A stretch of 64,000 nucleotides of DNA, from positions 2,173,601 to 2,237,600 of the forward strand of contig CAWEHV010000002.1 in the NCBI GenBank assembly GCA_963809035.1, written 5' to 3'. This DNA comes from an uncultured Thermoplasmata archaeon (GTDB lineage Archaea; Thermoplasmatota; Thermoplasmata; Lutacidiplasmatales; UBA184). The notes under the pieces are model-generated. The model was not told the origin of the DNA and did not search any database. It saw nothing but the letters and a program-made list of their open reading frames with translations. Made by a program: the position numbers and the translations under genes. Below are positions 35,836 to 44,800 of the stretch, piece by piece (within the stretch, counting starts at the first letter, position 1; each line of letters starts with the position of its first letter).

Positions 35836-36588
35836 ATGGGAAGCGTAGGAGCAAAGGACGTCCCCGTCCTCCTGAGCCCCGAAGGGCTACGGATCGATGG
35901 GCGACGGTTGGACGAACTGAGACCTCTGAGAATCCAGGCCGGCCCGCTCCATCAGGCGGACGGCTCGGCCTTCGTCGAATGGGGCGCGAACAAGGTGATG
36001 GCCGCGGTCTACGGGCCGCGCGAGGTCCACCCGCGCCATCTTCAGCAGAACAACAAGGCCGTCATCCAGTGCAAGTACAACATGGCCGCGTTCTCCGTCG
36101 ACGAGCGCAAGCGCCCCGGACTCGACCGCCGCTCGCAGGAGATCTCGAAGGTGATTGCCGAGGCGTTCGAATCGGTCGTCTTCGCGGAGGAGTTCCCGAG
36201 GACGAGCATCGATGTCTACATCGAGGTGCTGCAGGCGAACGCCGGGACCCGGTGCGCCGGTGTGGTCGCCGCCTCGGTCGCCCTCGCGGACGCCGGCATC
36301 CCGATGGTTGACCTCGTGCCGTCGGTGGCCGTCGGCAAGATCGCCGGCCAGATCGCGCTCGACCTCAAGAAGGAAGAAGACAACTTCGGCGAGGCGGACC
36401 TCCCGATGGCCCTCGTCCCGCAATCCGGTCGGCTCGTGCTCCTCCAGATGGAGGGCCACATGACTCCAGACGAGCTCTCCAAGGCGCTCGACCTCGGTGT
36501 GGTCGGTTGCAAGGCGATCTACGAGAAGATGAAGCAAGCGCTCCGGGACCGGTACACGGTCGACCCGGTGGCCACGGGGGCCGCATGA
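35836..36588 (+). CDS. rrp41: Exosome complex exonuclease Rrp41 (RNase PH-like, catalytic)
   Basis: RNase PH fold motifs ([10 protein letters not shown]...[10 protein letters not shown]...[14 protein letters not shown]). ATG at 35836. Confidence 0.9.
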   Translation: MGSVGAKDVPVLLSPEGLRIDGRRLDELRPLRIQAGPLHQADGSAFVEWGANKVMAAVYGPREVHPRHLQQNNKAVIQCKYNMAAFSVDERKRPGLDRRSQEISKVIAEAFESVVFAEEFPRTSIDVYIEVLQANAGTRCAGVVAASVALADAGIPMVDLVPSVAVGKIAGQIALDLKKEEDNFGEADLPMALVPQSGRLVLLQMEGHMTPDELSKALDLGVVGCKAIYEKMKQALRDRYTVDPVATGAA

Positions 36589-37373
36589 CGGCCGAAGTGA
36601 CGGCCGAGATCCGGACGGCCCACATCCTCGACCTCGCCGGCGAGGGAAAGCGGCTCGACGGCCGTGGCCCCGACGAGTACCGCCGCGTCCAGGTCGAACC
36701 GGGCTTCGTCACGACCGCGGACGGCTCCGCCCTCGTCCGGATCGGCGACACCGCCGTCCTCGCGGGCATCAAGCTCGAGCCGGGCAAGCCGTTTCCCGAT
36801 ACCCCCAACGCCGGCGTCCTGACCACGAACGCCGAGCTGATCCCGCTCTCCTCGCCCGTCTTCGAGCCCGGCCCCCCCCAACCGGGGGCGATCGAGGTCT
36901 CGAGGGTCGTCGACCGAGCCATTCGCGCGGCCGAGGCGATCGACCTCACGAGGCTCTGCGTGACCCCGGGCGAGAAAACGTGGGTCTGCTACGTCGACCT
37001 CCACGTCCTCGATCACTCGGGCAACCTCATTGACACGGCGATGCTCGCGGGCGTCTCCGCCCTCGCCCACGCGACCGTCCCCGCCAAGCGGTTTGGCATC
37101 GCCGAGAGCGACTACCCGCTCGACCTCCAGCATGTCCCGGTCGAGTGCACGTTCGTGCGACTCGGGGACGCACTCGTGGTCGACCCGACGTTCGACGAGG
37201 AGCAAGCGGCCCAGGGCCGGATCACGATCGCGACCGACGAAACGGGCCGGGTCGTTGCCATGCAGAAGGGTCTGGTAGGCGCGTTCTCCCCCGACGATGT
37301 GCGGGAGGTCGTGCGCCGAGCCCTGGTCCACGGGGACCGACTGCGGATCGCCGCGCGCGGAGGGACGGCATGA
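36585..37373 (+). CDS. rrp42: Exosome complex subunit Rrp42
   Basis: RNase PH-like non-catalytic partner; ATGA overlap with the rrp41 stop. Confidence 0.9.
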   Translation: MTAEVTAEIRTAHILDLAGEGKRLDGRGPDEYRRVQVEPGFVTTADGSALVRIGDTAVLAGIKLEPGKPFPDTPNAGVLTTNAELIPLSSPVFEPGPPQPGAIEVSRVVDRAIRAAEAIDLTRLCVTPGEKTWVCYVDLHVLDHSGNLIDTAMLAGVSALAHATVPAKRFGIAESDYPLDLQHVPVECTFVRLGDALVVDPTFDEEQAAQGRITIATDETGRVVAMQKGLVGAFSPDDVREVVRRALVHGDRLRIAARGGTA

Positions 37374-37639
37374 GCAAGCGGACGAAGAAGGTCGGCTCAA
37401 CGGGCTGGATGGGCCCCCGGTACGGGATCCGGATCCGCCGCCGCGTCCTCGAGCTCGACCGGAGCCGGGGCCCGAATGCGGCGTGCCCGCGGTGCTCCAC
37501 CGTGACCCTCCACCGGGTCGCGAGCGGAGTCTTCGAATGCCGCCGCTGCGGGGTCCGCTACGCGTCCAACGCCTACGTCTTCGAGGCGCCCCCTCCGATC
37601 CAACGGTCGACCAAGGACGAGGTGGCGGGCAACGCTTAA
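37370..37639 (+). CDS. rpl37ae: 50S ribosomal protein L37Ae (eL43)
   Basis: [26 protein letters not shown]...CPRCS...CRRCG zinc-ribbon eL43 signature; ATGA overlap with the rrp42 stop. Confidence 0.9.
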   Translation: MSKRTKKVGSTGWMGPRYGIRIRRRVLELDRSRGPNAACPRCSTVTLHRVASGVFECRRCGVRYASNAYVFEAPPPIQRSTKDEVAGNA

Positions 37640-37663
37640 GCCGCCGCTCTAGGTGAATCCGGC

Positions 37664-37798
37664 ATGTTCCGCTGCATCCGCTGCCAGGAAGCCCTACCGT
37701 CCGATGCCAACCTGTTCGGCGTCCGCTGCGACAACTGCGGGGGCAAGATCTTCACGAAGGAACACCCCAACGTGAAGAAGGTCCTCAAGGCCCGCTAG
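37664..37798 (+). CDS. rpoP: DNA-directed RNA polymerase subunit P (RpoP/Rpb12-like), 44 aa
   Basis: Small ORF missing from the track (<60 aa): MFRCIRCQEALPSDANLFGVRCDNCGGKIFTKEHPNVKKVLKAR has the CxxC...CxxC zinc ribbon and the expected position after rpl37ae. Confidence 0.8.
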   Translation: MFRCIRCQEALPSDANLFGVRCDNCGGKIFTKEHPNVKKVLKAR

Positions 37799-37847
37799 AC
37801 CCGGGCGTCACCCGAGTCCTCTAATCCCGCGGGCCTCTCGGCTTCCC

Positions 37848-39197
37848 ATGAGCGGACCGACCGTCCGGTTCCTGGGCGGGGTCCGCGAGATCGGAGGCAA
37901 CAAGATCCTCATCGAGGACGGCCCCGACCGGGTCCTCTTCGACTTCGGCCCGTCGTTCTCCCCGCGGGTCGAGGAATACTACCTCGATTACCTCCAGCCC
38001 CGGTCGACCTCGAAGGCGAAGGACCTCCTCGAGTTCGACCTCCTGCCCCGCCTCCCGGGCCTCTACTCCAAGGAGGCGCTCGCCGACTCGGATCTCGCCT
38101 ATACTGAACCCCAGGTGCATGCGATCTTCGTGAGCCATGCGCACGCCGACCATGCGGGGTACCTCGACCTGGTCGATCCGACGATCCCGGTCCACGTCGG
38201 CGAGGGCACGCGCGCTCTCCTGAGCGCGATCGAGACCTCCACTCGGATGAAGTACGGCACGCACCCCTGGAAGATCTTCGCCGACCGGGCCCCGATCCGG
38301 GTGGGCCAGATCGAGGTGATCCCGTACCCGGTCGACCACTCGATCCCGTTCGCCTACGGGTTCATCGTGCGCACCAGCGGAGGCACGCTGGCCTACTCCG
38401 GTGATTTCCGACACCATGGCCCCCGGGCGGCCGACACACACGCCTTCTTCGAGGCGGTCGGTCGGGAGGACGTGGACGCCCTCCTGATCGAGGGGACCCG
38501 CGCCGGGCCCGACCGGCGACGCAACCTCTCCGAGGAGGGGGTCCGCCGCAGCGTCGACCGGGTCCTCGAAGAGGAGCACCAGCTCGCCTTCGCGTGCACC
38601 TACCCTCGCGACATCGACCGGCTCACGACGCTGTACGCCGCGGCGCAGGCGGCCGACCGGGACCTCGTAGTCTCCGTGCGGACGGCCCATCTGCTCTCCC
38701 AGGTCGCGCCCCGGTTCCCCGCCGGAACGCTGCCGGTACCTGGCACCAGCCCCGGGATCCAGGTCTACGCCCGAAAGAAGCTCACGTCCTTCCTCTGGGA
38801 GCGGCCCTACCTCGAGGCTGCGCTCTCCTCCTCCGAGGTCCGGGCGAACGGTGCGAAGTACCTCCTCTCGCTCGAGCTAAGCCACTTCACCGAGCTCATC
38901 GACCTTCGGCCGCCGAAGGGCAGCCCGTTCATCCACTCCATGAGCGAACCGTTCAGCGAGGACGACGTGGACGACCATGTCATGCACAACTGGCTGAAGC
39001 ATTTCGGGCTCACCTTCCACCAGATGCACGCGAGCGGCCATGCCTCCGGCCCCGAGCTCGTCGAGATCATCCGGGCGACCGGCGCGAAGGCCGTCTACCC
39101 GATCCACACCATTCACCCCGAGGCCCTCGAAGCCGCCGGACCCTCGGTCCACCCTCCGGAGCTCGGACGGCCCTACCCCCTCACCGGCGCTCCCTGA
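37848..39197 (+). CDS. rnj: Ribonuclease J (metallo-beta-lactamase/beta-CASP, archaeal aRNase J)
   Basis: HAHADH motif II (FVSHAHADHAGY), beta-CASP motifs, and 449 aa length. Confidence 0.85.
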   Translation: MSGPTVRFLGGVREIGGNKILIEDGPDRVLFDFGPSFSPRVEEYYLDYLQPRSTSKAKDLLEFDLLPRLPGLYSKEALADSDLAYTEPQVHAIFVSHAHADHAGYLDLVDPTIPVHVGEGTRALLSAIETSTRMKYGTHPWKIFADRAPIRVGQIEVIPYPVDHSIPFAYGFIVRTSGGTLAYSGDFRHHGPRAADTHAFFEAVGREDVDALLIEGTRAGPDRRRNLSEEGVRRSVDRVLEEEHQLAFACTYPRDIDRLTTLYAAAQAADRDLVVSVRTAHLLSQVAPRFPAGTLPVPGTSPGIQVYARKKLTSFLWERPYLEAALSSSEVRANGAKYLLSLELSHFTELIDLRPPKGSPFIHSMSEPFSEDDVDDHVMHNWLKHFGLTFHQMHASGHASGPELVEIIRATGAKAVYPIHTIHPEALEAAGPSVHPPELGRPYPLTGAP

Positions 39198-39245
39198 CCC
39201 GGGCGCGGCCGAGAGATTAAGGCCGAGGCGGGCTCTCGGCGGCCG

Positions 39246-39938
39246 ATGGTTCCCGACCGGCTGGCGACCGGGATCGCCTCGGTCGACCGCCTCCTCGGAG
39301 GAGGGCTCGAGACGGACTCGGTCACCGAGGTCTACGGGGAAGGGGGGAGCGGGAAGACCCTCTTCTGCCTCGACGTCGCGCACCGGGTGGCCCGCGAGGG
39401 TCGCTGGGTCTTCTACATCGACACGGAGGGTGTCAGCGTCGACCGCCTGCGGTCGATCGCCGGCGATGACCTCGAGACGCTCCTCAAGCGGTTCCTCCTC
39501 TCCACTCCCAAGGACCTCGACGAGCAGACCGCTGCGGTCCGAACCGCGTGCGCCCTCGCCCGCGAGGGACGACGCCCCGTGGGCCTCCTCGTGGTCGACT
39601 CCGCGACGGCCTACTATCGTCTCTCCCTCTCGGGACCGGACGAGGACGACGCCCGGCAGGCCCTCTCGCTCGAGATCTCGGACCTCGTCCTCACGGCGAT
39701 GCGCGCCCACGTCCCGGTTCTGATCACGAACCAGGTCTGGCGCAGCATCCGCGATGGCACGCTCGAACCGGTGGGCGGCTCCTTCCTCAACCATGCGGCA
39801 AAGACCATCCTATTCTTTGAGCGCCTTCCAGGTCCGAGGCGGCGGGTCATCCTGCGCAAGCACCGGGACCGACCCGAAGGCTCGGCGGAGTTCCGGATCA
39901 CCGACCACGGACTCGACGGGGGCGGTGCGGGGAATTGA
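39246..39938 (+). CDS. radB: DNA repair and recombination protein RadB
   Basis: Short RecA-like paralog (230 aa) with Walker A GEGGSGKT, lacking the N-terminal domain of RadA. Confidence 0.9.
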   Translation: MVPDRLATGIASVDRLLGGGLETDSVTEVYGEGGSGKTLFCLDVAHRVAREGRWVFYIDTEGVSVDRLRSIAGDDLETLLKRFLLSTPKDLDEQTAAVRTACALAREGRRPVGLLVVDSATAYYRLSLSGPDEDDARQALSLEISDLVLTAMRAHVPVLITNQVWRSIRDGTLEPVGGSFLNHAAKTILFFERLPGPRRRVILRKHRDRPEGSAEFRITDHGLDGGGAGN

Positions 39939-39995
39939 ACGGCGGGACCCGATCGCGACTGCAACGGAGATAAGGCCCCAGCCCCTCGCGGGAGC

Positions 39996-40637
39996 ATGGT
40001 CGACCCCGTCGAGGTCGCCGACATTTCCACTCCGATCGGCGTGTTCCGGATCGTCTACCAGGCCAATCACGTTCGCGTTCTCGACCTCCTCGAGCACGGG
40101 GTCCTTCAGACCGGGGTGCCGCCCGGCGCGCTGCGACGAAAGCCGCCGTTCGCTCCGGGCAGCCCCCCGCGTCAGGTGATCGAGTACTTCCGCGGGTCGC
40201 GCAAGGAGTTCGCGGTGGAGGTCGACCCGGACACCGCCTCCACGTTCGACTTGGCGATCTGGAAGTACCTCCGGCGCGTGAACGCCGGCCAAACGGTGAC
40301 CTACGGGGAACTCGCACAACGGGCCGGGTTCCAGGGGTCGGCGCGGGCGGTGGGCGGCGCGATGGCGCGCAACCCGATCCCGATCATCATCCCGTGCCAT
40401 CGCGTCGTCGGCCAGGGAGGAGCGATCACGGGATTCGGGCTCGGCCTCTGGCGCAAACGCTGGCTGCTCGACCACGAGGGAGCCTGGCCGCTCCGGTCCC
40501 GCTCCGCCGAGGGACCGAGCCACCGGGACCAACGGACCCTCGATGGCGCGCGGAGCGGTCGCTCCTCGACACCTCGGATGAGAACACCTACTACGAAACG
40601 TAGTAACTTTGAACCATCCAACGTACGGCCGTTGTAG
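39996..40637 (+). CDS. ogt: Methylated-DNA--protein-cysteine methyltransferase (Ogt/MGMT)
   Basis: Active-site IPCHRVV with the HTH recognition helix upstream. A basic ~50-aa C-terminal tail runs into the downstream repeat region. Confidence 0.85.
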   Translation: MVDPVEVADISTPIGVFRIVYQANHVRVLDLLEHGVLQTGVPPGALRRKPPFAPGSPPRQVIEYFRGSRKEFAVEVDPDTASTFDLAIWKYLRRVNAGQTVTYGELAQRAGFQGSARAVGGAMARNPIPIIIPCHRVVGQGGAITGFGLGLWRKRWLLDHEGAWPLRSRSAEGPSHRDQRTLDGARSGRSSTPRMRTPTTKRSNFEPSNVRPL

Positions 40638-40735
40638 TAGGTTACGTGGGTAAACCTACTCCCGGTGTAGTAGGTTATCCCTCTCGAGCATACTACAGGT
40701 TGTAGTAGCTTCCCGCCACCAGGTGGCTCGGTTCC
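40585..40735. repeat. AT-richer intergenic repeat cluster: three ~34-bp units each beginning GTTGTAGTAG(G/C)TT, with seven copies of the heptamer TGTAGTA/TACTACA forming alternative hairpins
   Basis: Direct reading. tactacg-aaa-cgtagta hairpin at 40589-40605. agtaggtt/aacctact hairpin at 40636-40660. Direct repeats begin at 40631, 40665 and 40699. The region lies between convergent ogt and aEF2. Confidence 0.7.
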
Positions 40736-40740
40736 GGGGC

Positions 40741-42942
40741 TCACCCGGAGTAATAGGCCGCGTCGTACGGCTCGGGCTTGAGGCCCCGCCGCTGGCGGAT
40801 CTCCGCCACGACGTTCTTCTGCAGCTCGGCGGGGACCGGCTCGAAGCCCATCGACTCCGTGGACCAGAGAACCTTGCCGGCCGTGGCGCTGCGGATATCG
40901 GAGGCAAAGCCGAACATCTCGGCGACCGGTACCTTCGCCACGATCGTCTGCAGGTCGCCTACGCTCGTCATGTCGAGGATCTCCCCCCGCCGACGCTGGA
41001 GTTCGCGGGTGGAGGGGGCCAGGACCTCTTGGGGCACGTTGACCGTGACCTTCTGGAACGGCTCGAGCAACATGCGGTCTCCGAGGACCATCGCGCCGTA
41101 GATGCCGCTGCGCGCCGCGGGGATCGTCTGGGCGGGGCCGCGGTGGATGGAATCCTCGTGGAGCTTCGCGTCGACGAGGCGGATCTTGAGGCCGTAAACC
41201 TTCTCGTTGGCGAGCGGGCCCCGGTTCACGGCCTCCTTGAACGCGTCGACCACGAGGTCCATCGTTTCGTTCAGGTTCTGGATCCCCTTGGTGACGTCAA
41301 AGAGGATGTTCGTACCGTCGACCGCCACGATGCCGCGGCCTTCCTCGCGCGAGACCCCCAAGCTCTCGAGCTTCGTGACGAGCGCTTTCGTGTCCTTGAA
41401 CGATTTTCCCTGGGGAATCTCGCCCTCGCGGATCGCCTCAACGACCGGCATCGGAAGGGCTTCGACCTCGAAGTAGAACTTGTTGTGCTTGTTCGGGGAC
41501 TTCCCCTCGAACGGACCTCCGGGATGGCGCACGAGCTCCCGGTAGACGACGATCGGCTTCGAGGCCTCGATCTCGACCTTGTAGTCGTTGATGATCCGGT
41601 ACTGCGTGATCTCGAGGTGGAGCTCCCCCATTCCCGAGAGGAGGTGCTCGCCCGTCTCCTGGTTGATCTCGACCCGAAGGCTCGCGTCCTCCTTCGCGAT
41701 CTTTCGCATGGTTTCGATGAGCTTGGGCAGGTCGGCCATGCGCTTCGGCTCGATGGCCACGGTGACGACCGGCTCGGAAACGTGGCGGATCTCCTCGAAC
41801 GGCGCCATGTCCTGAACGGTCGACATGGTCGTGCCGGCAAAGGCGTCCGTGAGTCCGATGACAGCGGCGATGTTGCCCGCCTGCACCTCGTCCACCATGA
41901 GCCGCTCGGGCCCCATGAACAGCGAGACGTGTTGGACCCGGTTCTTGATCTTCGTTCCGACGATGGAGAGTTCCATCCCCTTCGCGATCTTTCCGGAGAA
42001 GACCCGGCCTGTCGCGATCTCCCCTGCGCTCGGGTCCATGGTGATGTCGGTGACCATGAACGAAGTGGGGCCCGAGGCGTCGGTGGTGGCCATCGCGATG
42101 CCGACGGCACTCGAGGTGTCCCCCTTCCAGATGTTCGGAATGCGGTACTTCTGGGCCTGGCGGGGATTCGGGAGGTGTCGAATGACCATGTCGAAGATCA
42201 CGTCGTTGATCTTGGCCTTCTGCGCGATCTCCTTCGTGCGTCCGGTGGTGACGTACTCGATGATGTCGGGGAACTTCACGCCCGTCTTCTGCATGTAGGG
42301 CACGCTGATCGCCCAGTTGTCGTAGCCGGAGCCGAAGGCGACCGACCCATCGCGGGGGTCGACGCTCCACTCGTCGACGAACTCCTCGGGCGCCATCTTC
42401 CGGATGAGCTCGTTCACTTCGGTGATGATAGCGTTGAAGCGCTTCTGGAGGGCCTCGCTGGTGAGCTGGAGTTCCTTGATGGCGCGATCGACCTTGTTGA
42501 TGAAGAGGATCGGTTTGACCTTCTCCCGGAGGGCCTGCCGGAGCACCGTCTCGGTCTGGGCCATGACGCCCTCGACGGCGCAGACCACGACCACGGCGCC
42601 GTCGACGGCCCGCATCGCACGGGTGACGTCCCCGCCGAAGTCGACGTGACCCGGCGTATCGATGAGGTTGATCAGGTAGTTCTCGTTGTTGAATTCGTGG
42701 ACGATCGTGACGTCCGCGTTGTTGATCGTGAGTAGGCGGGCCTGCTCCTGCTCGTCGAAATTGAGGTAGAGCTGCTTGCCCGCCAGCTCGTTCGAGATCA
42801 TCCCGGCCGCGGCCAGCAGGTTGTCGCTGAGGGTCGTTTTCCCGTGGTGGATGTGCGCGACGATTCCGATATTCCGGATGCGCTCGGTGTTCCGCATCAT
42901 CTCGGGGATGGCCTTCGCCAATTCCGCTCGAATGTGCGTCAT
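40741..42942 (-). CDS. fusA: Elongation factor 2 (aEF-2)
   Basis: GTPase motifs IVAHIHHGKTT and DTPGHVDF, and the diphthamide-region GPNCFG-type domain IV; 733 aa; ATGA overlap with the rps7 stop. Confidence 0.97.
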   Translation of the reverse strand: MTHIRAELAKAIPEMMRNTERIRNIGIVAHIHHGKTTLSDNLLAAAGMISNELAGKQLYLNFDEQEQARLLTINNADVTIVHEFNNENYLINLIDTPGHVDFGGDVTRAMRAVDGAVVVVCAVEGVMAQTETVLRQALREKVKPILFINKVDRAIKELQLTSEALQKRFNAIITEVNELIRKMAPEEFVDEWSVDPRDGSVAFGSGYDNWAISVPYMQKTGVKFPDIIEYVTTGRTKEIAQKAKINDVIFDMVIRHLPNPRQAQKYRIPNIWKGDTSSAVGIAMATTDASGPTSFMVTDITMDPSAGEIATGRVFSGKIAKGMELSIVGTKIKNRVQHVSLFMGPERLMVDEVQAGNIAAVIGLTDAFAGTTMSTVQDMAPFEEIRHVSEPVVTVAIEPKRMADLPKLIETMRKIAKEDASLRVEINQETGEHLLSGMGELHLEITQYRIINDYKVEIEASKPIVVYRELVRHPGGPFEGKSPNKHNKFYFEVEALPMPVVEAIREGEIPQGKSFKDTKALVTKLESLGVSREEGRGIVAVDGTNILFDVTKGIQNLNETMDLVVDAFKEAVNRGPLANEKVYGLKIRLVDAKLHEDSIHRGPAQTIPAARSGIYGAMVLGDRMLLEPFQKVTVNVPQEVLAPSTRELQRRRGEILDMTSVGDLQTIVAKVPVAEMFGFASDIRSATAGKVLWSTESMGFEPVPAELQKNVVAEIRQRRGLKPEPYDAAYYSG

Positions 42943-43628
42943 GTCTTGGCCCTCCTACCGGTACTCAACGGGCCGACTGAGCGACTCGCTCGACTTCTTC
43001 CTTGCGCCCGACCGCGAACGAGCGTCTGGTCACCCTTGGCGGCGAGGCGGATCTCGTCCGCGAGACAGGTGTGGATCGCCTTCGTGGACTTGTGAGAGGC
43101 CTGGATGGCGCCGACCGCGATGTTCCGGATCGCGACGTTCAACCGGCGGGCCGGGGACGCGTCGACGGCGCGCGGAACGGAGATCCCTCCGAACTGGAGC
43201 CGCGTGACCTCCTCCCGGGGGGCCGCGTTCTCGACCGCGTCCACGAGGAGCTGGAGGGGGTTCGTGCCCTCCTTCGCATAGACCTCGTCGAACGCCTTGC
43301 GGATCGTCGCGAGGGCCTTCGATTTCTTGCCGGTGAACTTGCCGCCCTTCATCAACATGTTCGCGAGGCGTTCCACGAGGTGCATCCGGCTCTTCATGAA
43401 GGGCCGGCCGGCGAGGCGTCCCTCGGTGTGCGGGGCGTAGATGGGGTGCAGGTAGAGGTAGGGCATGAGGCCCGGGTCGTGGACGGTGACGCCCTCGAAC
43501 GAGTACTTCCCGAATAGGGGGGGCAGCGGGAACGGTGGGGGAGCGGGGGCCTCGGGGCGGACGATGACCGGCCCGGGCTCCTCCGCCGGGGGCTCGGCCG
43601 TGAAGGTCGTCTCGCGCGGTCCGCTCAT
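42939..43628 (-). CDS. rps7: 30S ribosomal protein S7 (uS7) with Pro-rich N-terminal extension
   Basis: The C-terminal 190 aa match uS7 ([15 protein letters not shown]...[13 protein letters not shown]...). The start is ATG 43628, overlapping the rps12 stop. The track ORF adds ~219 junk codons upstream. Confidence 0.9.
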   Translation of the reverse strand: MSGPRETTFTAEPPAEEPGPVIVRPEAPAPPPFPLPPLFGKYSFEGVTVHDPGLMPYLYLHPIYAPHTEGRLAGRPFMKSRMHLVERLANMLMKGGKFTGKKSKALATIRKAFDEVYAKEGTNPLQLLVDAVENAAPREEVTRLQFGGISVPRAVDASPARRLNVAIRNIAVGAIQASHKSTKAIHTCLADEIRLAAKGDQTLVRGRAQGRSRASRSVGPLSTGRRAKT

Positions 43629-44059
43629 CGGGCCGGCTTCTCCTTGCGTCCGCGGACCAGCTCGTCCAGCGAGACGCTGTTGACCTGGATCACCTTGTAT
43701 CGGACGCCCGGGATGTCCCCGTACGACCGACCCATGCGCCCTCCGATCCCTTCCACCAGAACCTCGTCGTGCTCGTCGATGAAGTTGATCGCCCCGTCTC
43801 CAACGGCGAAGGCGGTGACCTGACGGCCGTTCTTGATGAGTTGGACCTTCACGCACTTGCGGATGGCCGAATTGGGTTGCTTGGCCTCGACACCGACCTT
43901 CTCGATGACGATGCCACGGGCCTGGGGGGCTCCCTCGAGTGGGTCCGACCGCTCCTTGAGATGGAGGGTCCGCCGTTTGTAGTACCGGTCCGACCAGCGT
44001 CGGCGCTGGCGGAGGGTTGCGAGGCGACCCGCAGTGTTGATACCAGAGGGCGGTGACAT
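43625..44059 (-). CDS. rps12: 30S ribosomal protein S12 (uS12)
   Basis: [29 protein letters not shown] is the near-invariant uS12 core. Confidence 0.95.
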   Translation of the reverse strand: MSPPSGINTAGRLATLRQRRRWSDRYYKRRTLHLKERSDPLEGAPQARGIVIEKVGVEAKQPNSAIRKCVKVQLIKNGRQVTAFAVGDGAINFIDEHDEVLVEGIGGRMGRSYGDIPGVRYKVIQVNSVSLDELVRGRKEKPAR

Positions 44060-44109
44060 CGTAGCCGAAGGGGCCGAGCCACTGGGTCCCGCTATTTAAG
44101 GTCCGTGCC

Positions 44110-44778
44110 GTGACCGCCTCACGCATGCGCTCCACGAGGCTGGGGAGCTCGGAATTCCCCCTCGTCGCTACCCCACCGGACGACCCCCGTTCCATCGAGT
44201 TCGGGCCGACGTGGTCCCAGCTGGAACGGGAGATCCGAGCTTGCCAGAAGTGCCCGCTCCACGCCACGCGCACGAACGCGGTCATCTATCGCGGGAGCCC
44301 GGCCCCTCGCATCGTGTTCGTCGGGGAGGCGCCAGGGGCGGCCGAGGACCGATTGGGCTTGCCGTTCGTCGGTCGCTCGGGAAAGCGTCTGGACGCGGCC
44401 ATCGCGGAGGCGCGGATCCCTCCCGACGAGTTCGGGATTCTCAACCTCGTGAAGTGCCACCCCCCCAAGAACCGTTTTGACCGAATGGCCGCGGCGACCT
44501 GTCGGCCCTACCTCGATCGTCAGATCGAGCTCCTCCGCCCCTCGATCCTGATCTCCCTCGGCGCGCACGCGCTCCGATCACTCGACCCTGGGGCACCGCG
44601 GGTCCTGCTCGCGGCGGGGCATCCCCGTCCGCTGGACGGCCGCGTTCTCTTCCCGCTGATCCACCCCGCCGCGGCGCTTCGTTCGCGGGCGATGACCGAA
44701 CGGTGGCGGTCGGACTTTGCGGCCCTAGGAACGTGGCTCGCTCGCTCGGACGTCACTCCCTCTCGGCAACTGTCTTAA
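44110..44778 (+). CDS. udg: Uracil-DNA glycosylase, family 4 (4Fe-4S)
   Basis: CQKCPL...IVFVGEAPGAAED...GLPFVGRSGKRL...LVKCHPP family-4 UDG motifs. The track start at 44110 is GTG; ATG alternative at 44125. Confidence 0.85.
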   Translation: MTASRMRSTRLGSSEFPLVATPPDDPRSIEFGPTWSQLEREIRACQKCPLHATRTNAVIYRGSPAPRIVFVGEAPGAAEDRLGLPFVGRSGKRLDAAIAEARIPPDEFGILNLVKCHPPKNRFDRMAAATCRPYLDRQIELLRPSILISLGAHALRSLDPGAPRVLLAAGHPRPLDGRVLFPLIHPAAALRSRAMTERWRSDFAALGTWLARSDVTPSRQLS

Positions 44779-44800
44779 TCGATTCGGGGGTCTCTCCGGC

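Noticed and set aside
40585-40735. CRISPR array
   Set aside because: There are only three units, the units are not identical beyond 13 nt, there are no spacer-like unique segments of uniform length, and no cas genes are nearby.
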